The notes under the pieces: generated by a model | Databases searched by the model: none | The model's input: the letters and a program-made list of their open reading frames with translations, nothing else | What the model was told of the DNA's origin: nothing | Shown here: piece by piece, positions 1-9,831 of the stretch | Numbering within the stretch: position 1 is the stretch's first letter | Layout: each line of letters opens with the position of its first letter | Assembly: GCA_028688375.1 (NCBI GenBank) | Contig: JAQTYG010000001.1 | Span: forward strand, 183,420 to 247,419 | Length of the DNA: 64,000 nt | Reading direction: 5' to 3' | Source: Patescibacteria group bacterium | GTDB lineage: Bacteria; Patescibacteriota; Patescibacteriia; Magasanikbacterales; GWA2-37-8 | Position numbers and translations under genes: made by a program

Positions 1-536
1 TGGCTGAGGGCTTTAACCGAATAAGCCCGATAACCTGAATGCCACTCAGATAAATGCCCGCCGGTCATCACGTTTTCAAAGAAAGTAAGGATTTTGTTAC
101 CGATAAATTTGTACAATGGCATGCCGCCCTTGCGCGCCGCGCCTTTAACCAGCATGCGCGAACCAAAAACCGCCTCTACCCTATCTTCCAAAAGCGGGCT
201 GATTATTTCCGGCAATGCTTCGGGCGCGTATTGTCCGTCGCCGTGCAGCATCACCACGATATCATAACCTCTTTTGATCGCGTAATCATAGCCGCGTTTT
301 TGATTGCCGCCATAACCCAAATTGGCATGATTGCGAAAAATTGACAGTTTTTCAAAACCGTTTTCTCTTTTCCATTCCTCGACCACTAAATTAGTATTAT
401 CCGGCGAATGGTTGTCAAAAACAAAAATTTCCTCCACCATTTCTTTGGTGTCAGCGGGAATTCTATCCAATACCTTGGTAATTGTTGATGCGGCATTATA
501 CGCGACAATCAGTAAGGCGATCCTTTTTTTATTCAT
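1..536 (-). CDS. Glycosyltransferase family 2 (dolichyl-phosphate mannosyltransferase-like), partial; N-terminal part only, runs off the window edge; tandem paralog of the next gene
   Basis: Manual minus-strand translation from ATG at 536..534 gives MNKKRIALLIVAYNAASTITKVLDRIPADTKEMVEEIFVFDNHSPDNTNLVVEEW..., about 80 percent aa identity to the 546..1337 product. Absent from the ORF track because there is no in-window stop. The 54..344 and 331..558 plus-strand ORFs are antisense to it. Confidence 0.7.
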   Translation of the reverse strand, partial: MNKKRIALLIVAYNAASTITKVLDRIPADTKEMVEEIFVFDNHSPDNTNLVVEEWKRENGFEKLSIFRNHANLGYGGNQKRGYDYAIKRGYDIVVMLHGDGQYAPEALPEIISPLLEDRVEAVFGSRMLVKGAARKGGMPLYKFIGNKILTFFENVMTGGHLSEWHSGYRAYSVKALS

Positions 537-545
537 AATAAAAGA

Positions 546-1337
546 CTATTTTTGTTGATAAATAGAAGCAGAAGTATTTTTTTCGAATTTCGCGTACTTT
601 TTTATTCCGAACTTGTGCAATTTATATTGGCAAATAATCTTAAAAAGATTAGCGGCGTATTTCATACCATTCACATAACAAATTTCGTCACCGTAATATG
701 TCGGAACCGGTACTTCCACTATTCTGAAATTATGATCCAAAAACTGGATAATTATTTCACTGTCAAAATGAAAATCGTTCGTGTTCTCTTGCAAGGGAAC
801 CGCGGCCAAGGCCTTGGTGGCGTAAGCTCGATAACCGGAGTGCCATTCGGATAGATGCGCGCCGGTCGCCCAATTTTCAAAAAAAGTCAGCACTTTGTTA
901 CCTACATATTTATATAGGGGCATGCCACCGCGCCGCGCCGCGCCTTTAACCAACATACGCGAACCAAAGACGGCTTCGGCCCGATCGGCGATCAACGGCG
1001 CCAAAATTTCCGGCAATGCTTCGGGCGCGTATTGTCCGTCGCCGTGCAGCATCACCACGATGTCATAACCTCTTTTGACCGCGTAATCATAGCCGCGTTT
1101 TTGATTGCCGCCGTAACCCAAATTAACTGGGTTGCGGAAAACAGTCAACTTTTCCAAGCCGGTTTTTCTCTTCCACTCTTCAGCTACTAAGTGGGTATCA
1201 TCTTTGGAAGCATCGTCAAAAACAAAAATTTCTTCCACCATTTCTTTAACTTCCGTCGGAATACGGTCCAGTACCCGGCTGATGGTGGTGGTGGCGTTAT
1301 AAGCGATAACAAAAATGGCAATTTTCTTTTTGTCCAT
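546..1337 (-). CDS. Glycosyltransferase family 2 (DPM1/GtrB-like)
   Basis: N-terminal GT-A signature IAIFVIAYNATTTISRVLDRIP...FVFDDASKDDT; 263 aa; typical DPM1-like length. Confidence 0.75.
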   Translation of the reverse strand: MDKKKIAIFVIAYNATTTISRVLDRIPTEVKEMVEEIFVFDDASKDDTHLVAEEWKRKTGLEKLTVFRNPVNLGYGGNQKRGYDYAVKRGYDIVVMLHGDGQYAPEALPEILAPLIADRAEAVFGSRMLVKGAARRGGMPLYKYVGNKVLTFFENWATGAHLSEWHSGYRAYATKALAAVPLQENTNDFHFDSEIIIQFLDHNFRIVEVPVPTYYGDEICYVNGMKYAANLFKIICQYKLHKFGIKKYAKFEKNTSASIYQQK

Positions 1338-1350
1338 ACGACTATTTTAT

Positions 1351-2253
1351 TTAAAATAACTGCTTTTTTTTTACTCGACAAATTATTTCGTAAGAATCGA
1401 AAAGATTCAGCGGGATAATTATTTTTTTCAATATCGCCGGGGGTTTGAATCTTAAGATTTTCGGCAGATATTGGCCCGCTCTCTCCAAAAAATAACTCAG
1501 AGTAAAATACCAATTCGGCCGACTCGTCTTCACCAATTCAAAACCGGCTTTATCCAACAATAATTTAAGCGTCTGTAAATTAAAATAATTAATGTGCGCG
1601 ATACGGTAATCCCACCATTTCCAACCCATAATTTTTGCAAAAAATGAACCCACATCCGGTGTCGTCAAAAGCAGGAACCCGTCGTCTTTTAAAACAGCTT
1701 TGACGTTTAACAATACACCGACCGGATCATCCACGTGCTCAATTACATCAACTAGAGTCGCGACATCATATCCGGTCCCCGCGTCCGGATGCGGTAGGGT
1801 GCCCAAAAGTACCGGCAATTTAAGTTCAACCGCTCTTTGTTGCAGCCAAACCGATGGTTCTACGCCGACGGCGTTATAACCAACCCTCTGCGCCTTTTCC
1901 ACTAAAATGCCGCTACCGGCGCCAATATCAATCAACCGGCCGGCTGGCACATATTTTTTTAAACCAGCGAGAATTTTTTTAGCTTGAAGGCCCCGCGGTT
2001 CTCTGGTATTTTCGTATTCCACATCTTCCAGCCCTTCGTAATAACGTCCGATTTCAGCCGTGTCCAAATTTTGTAAAAACCCGCAATCACCGCAACTAAA
2101 CAAATCCAGCGACTGACCATAGTGGGAATCGGTGATAGAAAAATTAACGCTGCTCAACTCGGTTGTCAGGTCGGATTTTTTGGCTAAAACCAGTTTATTA
2201 GAGCCGCATAACCGGCACTTTTTATCGCTCGGTGGCGAGGCCATATCGTTCAT
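1351..2253 (-). CDS. Class I SAM-dependent methyltransferase with N-terminal Cys4 zinc ribbon
   Basis: CRLCGS...CGDCGF zinc-ribbon pair followed by a SAM-binding glycine loop LIDIGAGSGILVEKA and an acidic residue; common in O-antigen/glycan clusters. Confidence 0.65.
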   Translation of the reverse strand: MNDMASPPSDKKCRLCGSNKLVLAKKSDLTTELSSVNFSITDSHYGQSLDLFSCGDCGFLQNLDTAEIGRYYEGLEDVEYENTREPRGLQAKKILAGLKKYVPAGRLIDIGAGSGILVEKAQRVGYNAVGVEPSVWLQQRAVELKLPVLLGTLPHPDAGTGYDVATLVDVIEHVDDPVGVLLNVKAVLKDDGFLLLTTPDVGSFFAKIMGWKWWDYRIAHINYFNLQTLKLLLDKAGFELVKTSRPNWYFTLSYFLERAGQYLPKILRFKPPAILKKIIIPLNLFDSYEIICRVKKKQLF

Positions 2254-2255
2254 AT

Positions 2256-4166
2256 TTATTTTTTTACCGATAGATCTAACATGAAATTCTTACCATCATC
2301 ATATAATACTTTTCGGTTTTTGTATAATTCCATTAAATTATCTTGGAAATCAAAACTATGCTCAGTTTCGGCCCGAAGCCAGGGATTAACATGGACCCGC
2401 AACATGCCGCTGTTCGCCTCTTTGGTAAAATTAGCTTCATTGCCGTAGGAATAAGCCACATATTTCACCCCGACCGACAATAAATAATCGGCCATTTTTT
2501 CACTCCCTTCTCTAAAAGGCAACCCCGGCGGCAAACTGGACCCTCCGGGTAAATCAATTATAAAAATGTTATTCCTCTTAAAATCAAACAAGAAATTTCT
2601 GTCTAATCTGGCTAAAATAATTTCCTGAGGCGGCACAGAGTTTTGCAGACTTTTATATTGACCCAATTCCTCGGCGCTAATCATCTCCGTGTTCAACAGG
2701 CCGATTTTTACGCCATTATCAAAACTAATGTTCCTTTCAAATTCACCCTCCCAAACAATCGCCTTCTGAATATAAACACCGAGCATAAAAACGGCCACCA
2801 TCATGGCATAAATGGAATATTTACCAACGTCATTGAGGACGCTCTTGTTTTCTTTTAACAAAGAGACTAGGAGAATTAAAATGGTGGGCACGACAAAAGA
2901 AAATATATAATAACCCAGCGAATAAGCGCCGACACCATAAATCACAGCCGCGATACCGACTAAGGAACTGACAAAAATGCACAGCAACATCCGCCTGTTG
3001 ACGTTGGTATTTTTAAATGTCAAATAACCTAAAATAATAAGGGGTAAAGTAACATTCAAGCAAGCGAAAATTTCCACTGCGACCCTAATAATGCTATACA
3101 CGTTGAGGGTCAAGTGTGGCCCGGCAAAATTGCCGTAACTCGCGCCGTGATATCCCGCGCCCAAAAACGGATAAAATAAAGTACCGGAAGATTCAAGCAT
3201 GGAAATCATCCAGGGTACCAGGGCGACGGCAAAAAGCGCCAAAACTAACAACGCGTTAAGCAGAATAATTTTTTTATTCTGACGATAAAAAGTCAGGCAA
3301 AAAAAGCAGCAGAACAAGAAGGCCGCCGGAATAATTAGGTTTGTTTTAAGAACAACCAGAGCGGATACCGTCAAACAAAGAACGGCGGTCAATTGCGACC
3401 TGCTTAAATCCCGGGTAAAACACAGTATTCTAAAAATGGCAAAGAAGAAAGCCGCGGCCAATAAAAAGCAGGTTGCATTAACGCTCGGACTGGGTATGAT
3501 GGACACTAAAAAGATAATCAGCAAAGACGCGTTTTTATTTAATTTAGCGTCTTTAAAACATTCGAGTAACAATATTATCAGTAACAAGAGGCCGATGCCG
3601 TTATCCACCAAATGGAGATTTTTAAACGAAGCGAAAGATAACACGGTCGCGTTTAGCAGGTGGCCGCCGCCCAAAGATGGAGCTATTCTTCTCTCGCTAA
3701 AAGGATCCTCGCCTAAATGGCCGGTTTGAATCATCTTCGCCGGAAAAACCAAATAGCCGTGATAGTCGTCGCTCCCGTGAAAAGGAAAAAATGACACAGC
3801 CGTGGCGTATCTGGCTAAAATTATCAGAAAGACAACGGCCGCCACGGCGGCAAATTTTTTATTATTCTTAATAAAGGCCCAGACACCGATTAAATAACCG
3901 ACGGTTGTTTTTATATTTTTTATAAACAAACCAAGCGTTACCAATAAACCAAGAGACAAAAGGCTCCAAAGCGTTGTTCTTGAAATCATTTCAAAAAGAT
4001 TGAGGTAACCGCCGATAATCATAAAAATGGCCACGCCCAAAATAACATATAAACCGAAATCAAGACGCTTTTTATTAAAAAATAAAAAAGTTACTATCTG
4101 ACCAAGGCCGGCAAAAGCCAGGAGTAGCGCCAGGCCGGCGAAAAATACGAGGAAATATGATGACAT
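2256..4166 (-). CDS. Large polytopic membrane protein (at least 12 predicted TM helices) with a C-terminal soluble domain; possible glycan polymerase or membrane glycosyltransferase
   Basis: Translation is dominated by hydrophobic helices (FLVFFAGLALLLAFAGL, LYVILGVAIFMIIGGYL, etc.) and ends in a roughly 180 aa hydrophilic tail; lies inside the glycan cluster. Confidence 0.4.
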   Translation of the reverse strand: MSSYFLVFFAGLALLLAFAGLGQIVTFLFFNKKRLDFGLYVILGVAIFMIIGGYLNLFEMISRTTLWSLLSLGLLVTLGLFIKNIKTTVGYLIGVWAFIKNNKKFAAVAAVVFLIILARYATAVSFFPFHGSDDYHGYLVFPAKMIQTGHLGEDPFSERRIAPSLGGGHLLNATVLSFASFKNLHLVDNGIGLLLLIILLLECFKDAKLNKNASLLIIFLVSIIPSPSVNATCFLLAAAFFFAIFRILCFTRDLSRSQLTAVLCLTVSALVVLKTNLIIPAAFLFCCFFCLTFYRQNKKIILLNALLVLALFAVALVPWMISMLESSGTLFYPFLGAGYHGASYGNFAGPHLTLNVYSIIRVAVEIFACLNVTLPLIILGYLTFKNTNVNRRMLLCIFVSSLVGIAAVIYGVGAYSLGYYIFSFVVPTILILLVSLLKENKSVLNDVGKYSIYAMMVAVFMLGVYIQKAIVWEGEFERNISFDNGVKIGLLNTEMISAEELGQYKSLQNSVPPQEIILARLDRNFLFDFKRNNIFIIDLPGGSSLPPGLPFREGSEKMADYLLSVGVKYVAYSYGNEANFTKEANSGMLRVHVNPWLRAETEHSFDFQDNLMELYKNRKVLYDDGKNFMLDLSVKK

Positions 4167-4167
4167 A

Positions 4168-5103
4168 TTAATTTGGTTGAATTAGTTTAATAAAATTTTC
4201 GGCGCATTTACGGTCGATCAAATTTTCCCGCACATAATCACGCGCGGAAAAATTATCCAAACTATCCATAAAAATTTGTAAACGCTTTTTGAAATCGTCA
4301 GTACCGGAAAAAAACATTCCCGATCGCGCGCTTAAATACGGCGCGCTAATCACCGGATCGCGCCATCGATAGTGTTCGAACCGACAACTTCCGCCATTCC
4401 ATACGAGAGTCGGCACGTTTCTCGCCCAGGCCTCTTGCAGAGCCAATCCCTGGCTTTCCGATTCGGAAACATAGACCATGAATTTAGCTCCGGCCAGTAA
4501 TCTATGATAGTCTTTTTGTTTAAAATGTCCATAGGTAAGGACATCTATTTTAATGGGTAAATTCTTCAATTCTTTCAAAATATGGCCGGGCAATTTGTCA
4601 TCCGAACAATTCTTAAAATATACCACGGCGCCGACCCGGTCGGTTTCATTCAAATTTTCCGGTAAGGCCACTCCCGCCGGCCACACCTTAATTTTATCCG
4701 CTAAAAAAGGGCTGATTGATAAATAAAAATCTCTGACCCAATCGGATGGCTGTAATATCAAATCAATTTCCGGGGTGTTAATTATGCCGTTAAAATCATC
4801 GGGCCCCACGACTAGATTCGGCCCGGCCACCAATTTTTTAAATTTGCCCGCCTTTTTTTCTTTAATCGCCCACTGCAGTGCCACGATACTACCGTTCACA
4901 AAAACCGTATCCCCCGTTTTAATCTCTGCAATTTTAGGATTGATCAGATATGGATATTTTAATTCGTTTAAACCACGCAGCAAACTTCTCAGAACTGCTT
5001 CCGGCCCCCTATTTTTATTTAATAATTTTTTAATCACGCCACGATAGACTTCTTGAGAAAAAAATCCGGCGCTTGGTGATTTTGTTAAAATAATTAAAGA
5101 CAT
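4168..5103 (-). CDS. Glycosyltransferase, GT-B fold (GT4/GT1-like)
   Basis: C-terminal E-x7-E donor-binding motif ESESQGLALQEAWARNVPTLVW is typical of GT4 retaining glycosyltransferases. Confidence 0.5.
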   Translation of the reverse strand: MSLIILTKSPSAGFFSQEVYRGVIKKLLNKNRGPEAVLRSLLRGLNELKYPYLINPKIAEIKTGDTVFVNGSIVALQWAIKEKKAGKFKKLVAGPNLVVGPDDFNGIINTPEIDLILQPSDWVRDFYLSISPFLADKIKVWPAGVALPENLNETDRVGAVVYFKNCSDDKLPGHILKELKNLPIKIDVLTYGHFKQKDYHRLLAGAKFMVYVSESESQGLALQEAWARNVPTLVWNGGSCRFEHYRWRDPVISAPYLSARSGMFFSGTDDFKKRLQIFMDSLDNFSARDYVRENLIDRKCAENFIKLIQPN

Positions 5104-5122
5104 TTTGAGTGGCTCAAATAAA

Positions 5123-6193
5123 TTAGGCCCGCGATTTTTTAGTCTTACTTTTTACAAAATATCTAATTTTAAAATCTTCTAAAAATTTAATCATTTTAAA
5201 TGGACGATATAATCTCGCCAAAAATTTCTTTATGGCGTTTCGCCTTTTAATATATTTTGCTACAATTTTCTCGTATTTTTCCAATTCAACTGCTTTCGCG
5301 GGATTGATATTTCTCCGCCCGGCCGAATTAAACGGTTGATCTATGATGTGTTTTAAAAATTCCTCGAAACCCATTCTCACGGCGGCAAAATTATAGCCCG
5401 GTACAGTTACCGGCTCATTAATAATGCTCAAATATAAGTCATCATTATTATCGACTTCCTTAACTCGTTCTACTACTTGATCGAAAGTAGCATAACGGTG
5501 ACAATTGATAAAGCGTTTTTCGTTAAACTCTTTACCTATTTCAGGATTACCCCAATAAATCGGGATCGTTCTTGCCGCCAATGAACTAACTATTTTTTCT
5601 GTGGTATATCCAAAATTGGAAGAATTTTCGAAAGCAACGGAAAATTTATGTTTTGTCTCAAATTCTAATTTATTCTCCACTCTACGACCAATATTATTCA
5701 GACAGCGACCGCCAGCATTTACTTTTTTATAGTTACTTAGTTTATCGAAAAAAATTTTTCGGGCTGGACCGGCGAGATAATTTGAATAAACAAAACTGCA
5801 AAAATCCGTTTTCTTTAATAAATCCTGTTTAGTAAACCGATTCGTTTCTTTAAAATCGGTATCAATACCCAAAGCCAGCTCATCCCTGTGGTAAAAAACA
5901 TCTATTAAATACCACGGCAGCCTATAATATCTATCTCGAAAATTTAAATAATCATAGCCAACGGCGTAGTCACACAAATTAAAATTGGGGTGAACATTCT
6001 CTCCGGTATAAAATATTTTTATACAACCATCATATTTTAAGTGTTGAAAAGATGAATCATTAAAAAATACATATTCCGGTTTTTCTGAAAATTCAACATC
6101 GTAATATTTTTTTAATATTTTATAAATAAAATGCTCTCGTAACTCATCGTCGCGCTTATTAAATTCGCAAATTTTGATTCGAATTTTTTTCAT
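5123..6193 (-). CDS. Alpha-1,3-fucosyltransferase-like glycosyltransferase (GT10)
   Basis: HKFSVAFENSSNFGYTTEKIVSSLAARTIPIYWG matches the conserved GT10 FucT motif FxxAFENSxxxxYxTEK followed by the PVxxG block. Confidence 0.6.
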   Translation of the reverse strand: MKKIRIKICEFNKRDDELREHFIYKILKKYYDVEFSEKPEYVFFNDSSFQHLKYDGCIKIFYTGENVHPNFNLCDYAVGYDYLNFRDRYYRLPWYLIDVFYHRDELALGIDTDFKETNRFTKQDLLKKTDFCSFVYSNYLAGPARKIFFDKLSNYKKVNAGGRCLNNIGRRVENKLEFETKHKFSVAFENSSNFGYTTEKIVSSLAARTIPIYWGNPEIGKEFNEKRFINCHRYATFDQVVERVKEVDNNDDLYLSIINEPVTVPGYNFAAVRMGFEEFLKHIIDQPFNSAGRRNINPAKAVELEKYEKIVAKYIKRRNAIKKFLARLYRPFKMIKFLEDFKIRYFVKSKTKKSRA

Positions 6194-6194
6194 A

Positions 6195-7154
6195 TTATTT
6201 TATAATCGCGATAATTTGGTTCAAATATTTTTCGTCCCGGCACTCTTCGGGGTTGCGCTCGTTAATTTCATTAAAATATTTAAACGGCACTTTTACTTGT
6301 TTATCCGCTTTGCGCGAAAACATTTCATACTCCATATCTATGTGGCCGATATCAATCACGCGATACCCTAATTTAAACAAATCATAAGCCAAAACTTTAG
6401 CCGTAGGTCCCAATGAAATTAATATCAATTTATCTTTACCGATTTTTATTACCTCATTTTTTATGGCTTCATACTTATCGTAAGCGTCGGTTGGCGGACA
6501 CAATATCCGTTGCAAGGATTTAACATTATCAAATAAATTGTTCCCCACACCCAAACGGCTTTTCTCGCCTTCAATCAAAACCACATCCTTATCTTCCCAA
6601 ATGGAGAATAATTTTTTAAATCTTTCCGCGGCTTTGGATTTATCTTTGAACGCCAAATAAAAGCGCGTCATTCCGGTATTGCCATATGTTCGATCAAACG
6701 ATAACGCACTTTTCCAGGCCGGCCCGTATCTATATATATGATGTACGCCAAACCGATAAGCGTAATATTCCTGCCAATCCTGTCTTTCCCACATATCCGG
6801 AAGCGTAAATAAAAGGCCGTTAACATCGGTTTTTAAAATCATTTCCAACTTTGCCGCCAAATCGGCATCGTATCGTTGGAAACCTAAATCCAAACCGTCG
6901 ATCAAAGAAATCTCACCGTCGCCAAAGCGTATCACGGAGAGATTTTTCTGAATTATTAGATCAATGGTGTCATCCACTGACAATACACGGGGGCGTTTAC
7001 GATTCGGCCGAAAATAGATATTGAAATAATATAAAGCAAAAGCCAGACGCCAACCGATTATTTGGCGAATTTTTAACGGCGTGACGCCTCTTATTGTCTG
7101 AACAATTGATTGGATTAACGTTCTTTTCATAAAATACCCGGAACTTCTAATCAA
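6195..7154 (-). CDS. Putative glycosyltransferase (DUF1792/GT-D-like)
   Basis: RFGDGEISLIDG (DXE-containing) motif and about 320 aa size resemble GT-D/DUF1792 proteins; overlaps neighbours in an operon. Low certainty without an HMM search. Confidence 0.35.
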   Translation of the reverse strand: MIRSSGYFMKRTLIQSIVQTIRGVTPLKIRQIIGWRLAFALYYFNIYFRPNRKRPRVLSVDDTIDLIIQKNLSVIRFGDGEISLIDGLDLGFQRYDADLAAKLEMILKTDVNGLLFTLPDMWERQDWQEYYAYRFGVHHIYRYGPAWKSALSFDRTYGNTGMTRFYLAFKDKSKAAERFKKLFSIWEDKDVVLIEGEKSRLGVGNNLFDNVKSLQRILCPPTDAYDKYEAIKNEVIKIGKDKLILISLGPTAKVLAYDLFKLGYRVIDIGHIDMEYEMFSRKADKQVKVPFKYFNEINERNPEECRDEKYLNQIIAIIK

Positions 7155-7977
7155 AATCTTTTAACATTTTTTCCTTTAACACGCTGTAATTTCCCTCTAT
7201 TGATTCTAAAGAAATTCCTCTCTCCAATTCATACAATCTCGCGTAAGACATTAATCTGAAAAAGGAATAACTTAAAACAATAATCAAGCCCAGAGAGCCA
7301 TTTTTTAAACTTTTTCTATATATCCACCAATATCTGATCATGCCCGCCAACATTCTAAGAACACTAAACTTTTTACCGCGACGATACTTCTCCAGCGCTT
7401 CCTCCTCAGCATAGCGCCAGTGGCTACCGACAAACTTACCTATATTATAAACACTGAAATGCTTTAAAGCGAATTCTTCTTTATCCGGCAACTTCAAGAT
7501 TTGCTTTTTAGTGCCTAAAAATTTCCCCATGCCGTGGATATTATTCTGACTGTAGTCCATAAAATCTTTATGGTAAAAGAAGGGCGAATATCCTTTATGC
7601 GCGTAATGTCGCGTATTGCCCCAAAGATAGGTATAAAGCGGGATCAGCACCATTTTTACTTTATTCTGCATCGAAATTTCCGTCAGTTTTTCTAATAAAC
7701 TTTTCGGTGCCAAATTATCAACATAGCCCCAATAAATCCAATCGGTCTGAATTTTTCTTTTAATAAATTCGAAATTTTCTTGTGTTTCCACCTGAGGCTT
7801 GTCACTGAACGGACGCAAAACAAACTGCGCCCCGGCCTTTTCGCATAGTTCCTTAGTTTGGTCGGTGCTACCGCCATCCAAAACGATAACCGCCCCATAA
7901 TTTTTAAGGTTCCTGATAGCGTATAAAATTCTTTTCTCTTCGTTGCGCGCGAAAAGCACAAAAGTAATATTACTCAT
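7147..7977 (-). CDS. Glycosyltransferase family 2
   Basis: N-terminal ITFVLFARNEEKRILYAIRNL...VLDGGSTDQT GT-A fold signature (DGGSTD = DxD-type motif). Confidence 0.65.
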   Translation of the reverse strand: MSNITFVLFARNEEKRILYAIRNLKNYGAVIVLDGGSTDQTKELCEKAGAQFVLRPFSDKPQVETQENFEFIKRKIQTDWIYWGYVDNLAPKSLLEKLTEISMQNKVKMVLIPLYTYLWGNTRHYAHKGYSPFFYHKDFMDYSQNNIHGMGKFLGTKKQILKLPDKEEFALKHFSVYNIGKFVGSHWRYAEEEALEKYRRGKKFSVLRMLAGMIRYWWIYRKSLKNGSLGLIIVLSYSFFRLMSYARLYELERGISLESIEGNYSVLKEKMLKDFD

Positions 7978-7981
7978 AAAG

Positions 7982-8884
7982 TTAGTTAAAAATATCGCGA
8001 AAAAAATCTACCGTTTGACGGAATCCTTCGCGCCAATTAGTAGCGGCTTGCCAATCAATTTTTTTATTATTTGACAAATCCGCGTGAGAATCCATTATTT
8101 CATCTTTTCGGTAGTCCAATTTACCGAATTGTAAAGACGTTCCACTGTTCGTAATTTCTTTCAAATATTCCACGGCTTCCTTAATAGAAACAGAGCCGCC
8201 GCTGCCGATGCCGAATTCTTCAAAATTTGATAAATTGCTTTGGTGGGTATGCGCGTTAAAAAACGCTTGAGCCACATCGTTAACGAACACGAAGTCGCGT
8301 TTTTGTTCACCGTTTGTTAACGGAATATTTTCAACTTCATTCAACAACTCTTTAACAATGGAGGGGACAAATTTTTTCAGGCCATCATTCGGTCCATACA
8401 TCTGTTCTATTCTTAAATTAAAAAATTTCATTTTGAGATATCTCGTGGCGCGTTTCGCAATGACTAAAAAATTTTTCTTAGTTTCAACATAATAATTTTC
8501 GTTATTCTCAAAAAGTATTTTTTCGTTAAAAAAAGTGTCGGCATTTATAAAACAGCCCACCTTCGCTTTTTCGCCAGCTACTAAAAGGCGGAGGGGAAGA
8601 AGTAAATTTGCTTCTGCTATCTCCGACCACGCCTCCCTCTCCCTGCCATAACAGGTGGCTACGTGAATAATAGTACTGACATCGTATTGGGAAAAACATT
8701 TTTCCACCTCAAATTTATCTAAAGATACCACAACTAACCCAGGGTGATTGGCAAACTTTTTAAGACGCGACGACGAAGAATCGTCGCGAGCCAAAATAAC
8801 CGTGCGATAGCCGTTGGCCAAAAATAATTCCACTATTTTCGAACCAAGGAAGCCGGTGCCGCCAGTTATTAAAATGGTTTGCAT
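7982..8884 (-). CDS. NAD(P)-dependent epimerase/dehydratase family (extended SDR)
   Basis: Rossmann motif ILITGGTGFLGSKIV at the N-terminus and YVETKK catalytic YxxxK. Confidence 0.65.
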   Translation of the reverse strand: MQTILITGGTGFLGSKIVELFLANGYRTVILARDDSSSSRLKKFANHPGLVVVSLDKFEVEKCFSQYDVSTIIHVATCYGREREAWSEIAEANLLLPLRLLVAGEKAKVGCFINADTFFNEKILFENNENYYVETKKNFLVIAKRATRYLKMKFFNLRIEQMYGPNDGLKKFVPSIVKELLNEVENIPLTNGEQKRDFVFVNDVAQAFFNAHTHQSNLSNFEEFGIGSGGSVSIKEAVEYLKEITNSGTSLQFGKLDYRKDEIMDSHADLSNNKKIDWQAATNWREGFRQTVDFFRDIFN

Positions 8885-8893
8885 ATAATAAAA

Positions 8894-9778
8894 TTATTTT
8901 CTTAATCCAATTACTCGTAAAGTGGCCTTGGCTAATTCTTTAAAGGCTACCCAGCAACTGTGCCACAAAAAAAACGCCTCTACTCGATAACGCGGTATAT
9001 CTAAGTCGTAAAAATCGCTGATCCATAGAATACTTTTAATAGTCGCGCGGTTACGCTTTAAATTGGTTTCCAACCCCGTATACGAATCCCAGCGCAAGTT
9101 GTCATTTCGTGTTTTGATTAATGGCTCCGCTAATAACGCAAACCTGCTATCTTTAAAAACATTTAACAAAATAAAAAAATGAACAATGTTGGTGCCAATA
9201 AAAATTTCTTTATTGGCAAAATTTGTCCAAGCTTTTCGGAAAAAAAGCTGCGTAGACATGCTGCTAAAAAATCCCACTAAATCCATATAATTTTTAATGG
9301 ATTTAACAAAATCTGACAAATTGGGATAGACGATATCTTGAGTGATCTGATGATTAGGGAAGGGTAGGACGGGGTTTTTCAGCCAATGGTCATAGCCCCA
9401 ACAATTAAGCATGAGGTACGGAGCTCTGATCGTTTTAATTTTTTGAATTATGACTGAAAAACTTTCCGGGAAAAAAGCGTCGTCGTCGCCAATGGTTAGA
9501 CAATATTCTCCCGAACTTTTCTCTACTGCTTTTAATAAATTGCGATCAAAACCTATATTTTTTTCATTTCTAAAAAATTTAATATTACTAAATTTCTTTT
9601 GGAAACTTTCTACCAGGGAGGCGGTTCCGTCCGTACTGGCGTTGTCGCAAATCACAACTTCGACCTGTTCGAACAGATCTCTGTCTTTAAACTGAGAAAC
9701 GATACTTTCTAAATTTTCTTTTAGGCACTCCGCCCGATTAAGGGTGGGTATACAGATGCTTAAGACCGGATTTTCCAT
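8894..9778 (-). CDS. Glycosyltransferase family 2
   Basis: LSICIPTLNRAECLKENLESIVSQ...VVICDNASTDGT is a classic GT2 N-terminus. Confidence 0.75.
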   Translation of the reverse strand: MENPVLSICIPTLNRAECLKENLESIVSQFKDRDLFEQVEVVICDNASTDGTASLVESFQKKFSNIKFFRNEKNIGFDRNLLKAVEKSSGEYCLTIGDDDAFFPESFSVIIQKIKTIRAPYLMLNCWGYDHWLKNPVLPFPNHQITQDIVYPNLSDFVKSIKNYMDLVGFFSSMSTQLFFRKAWTNFANKEIFIGTNIVHFFILLNVFKDSRFALLAEPLIKTRNDNLRWDSYTGLETNLKRNRATIKSILWISDFYDLDIPRYRVEAFFLWHSCWVAFKELAKATLRVIGLRK

Positions 9779-9831
9779 AAATATTATAAAATTGATTGCA
9801 TAAATTTCGAAAAATGACCATTATGATAAAT

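Noticed and set aside
54-558. Plus-strand ORFs 54..344 and 331..558
   Set aside because: Antisense to a clearly homologous, truncated GT2 paralog on the minus strand (1..536); no motif of their own.
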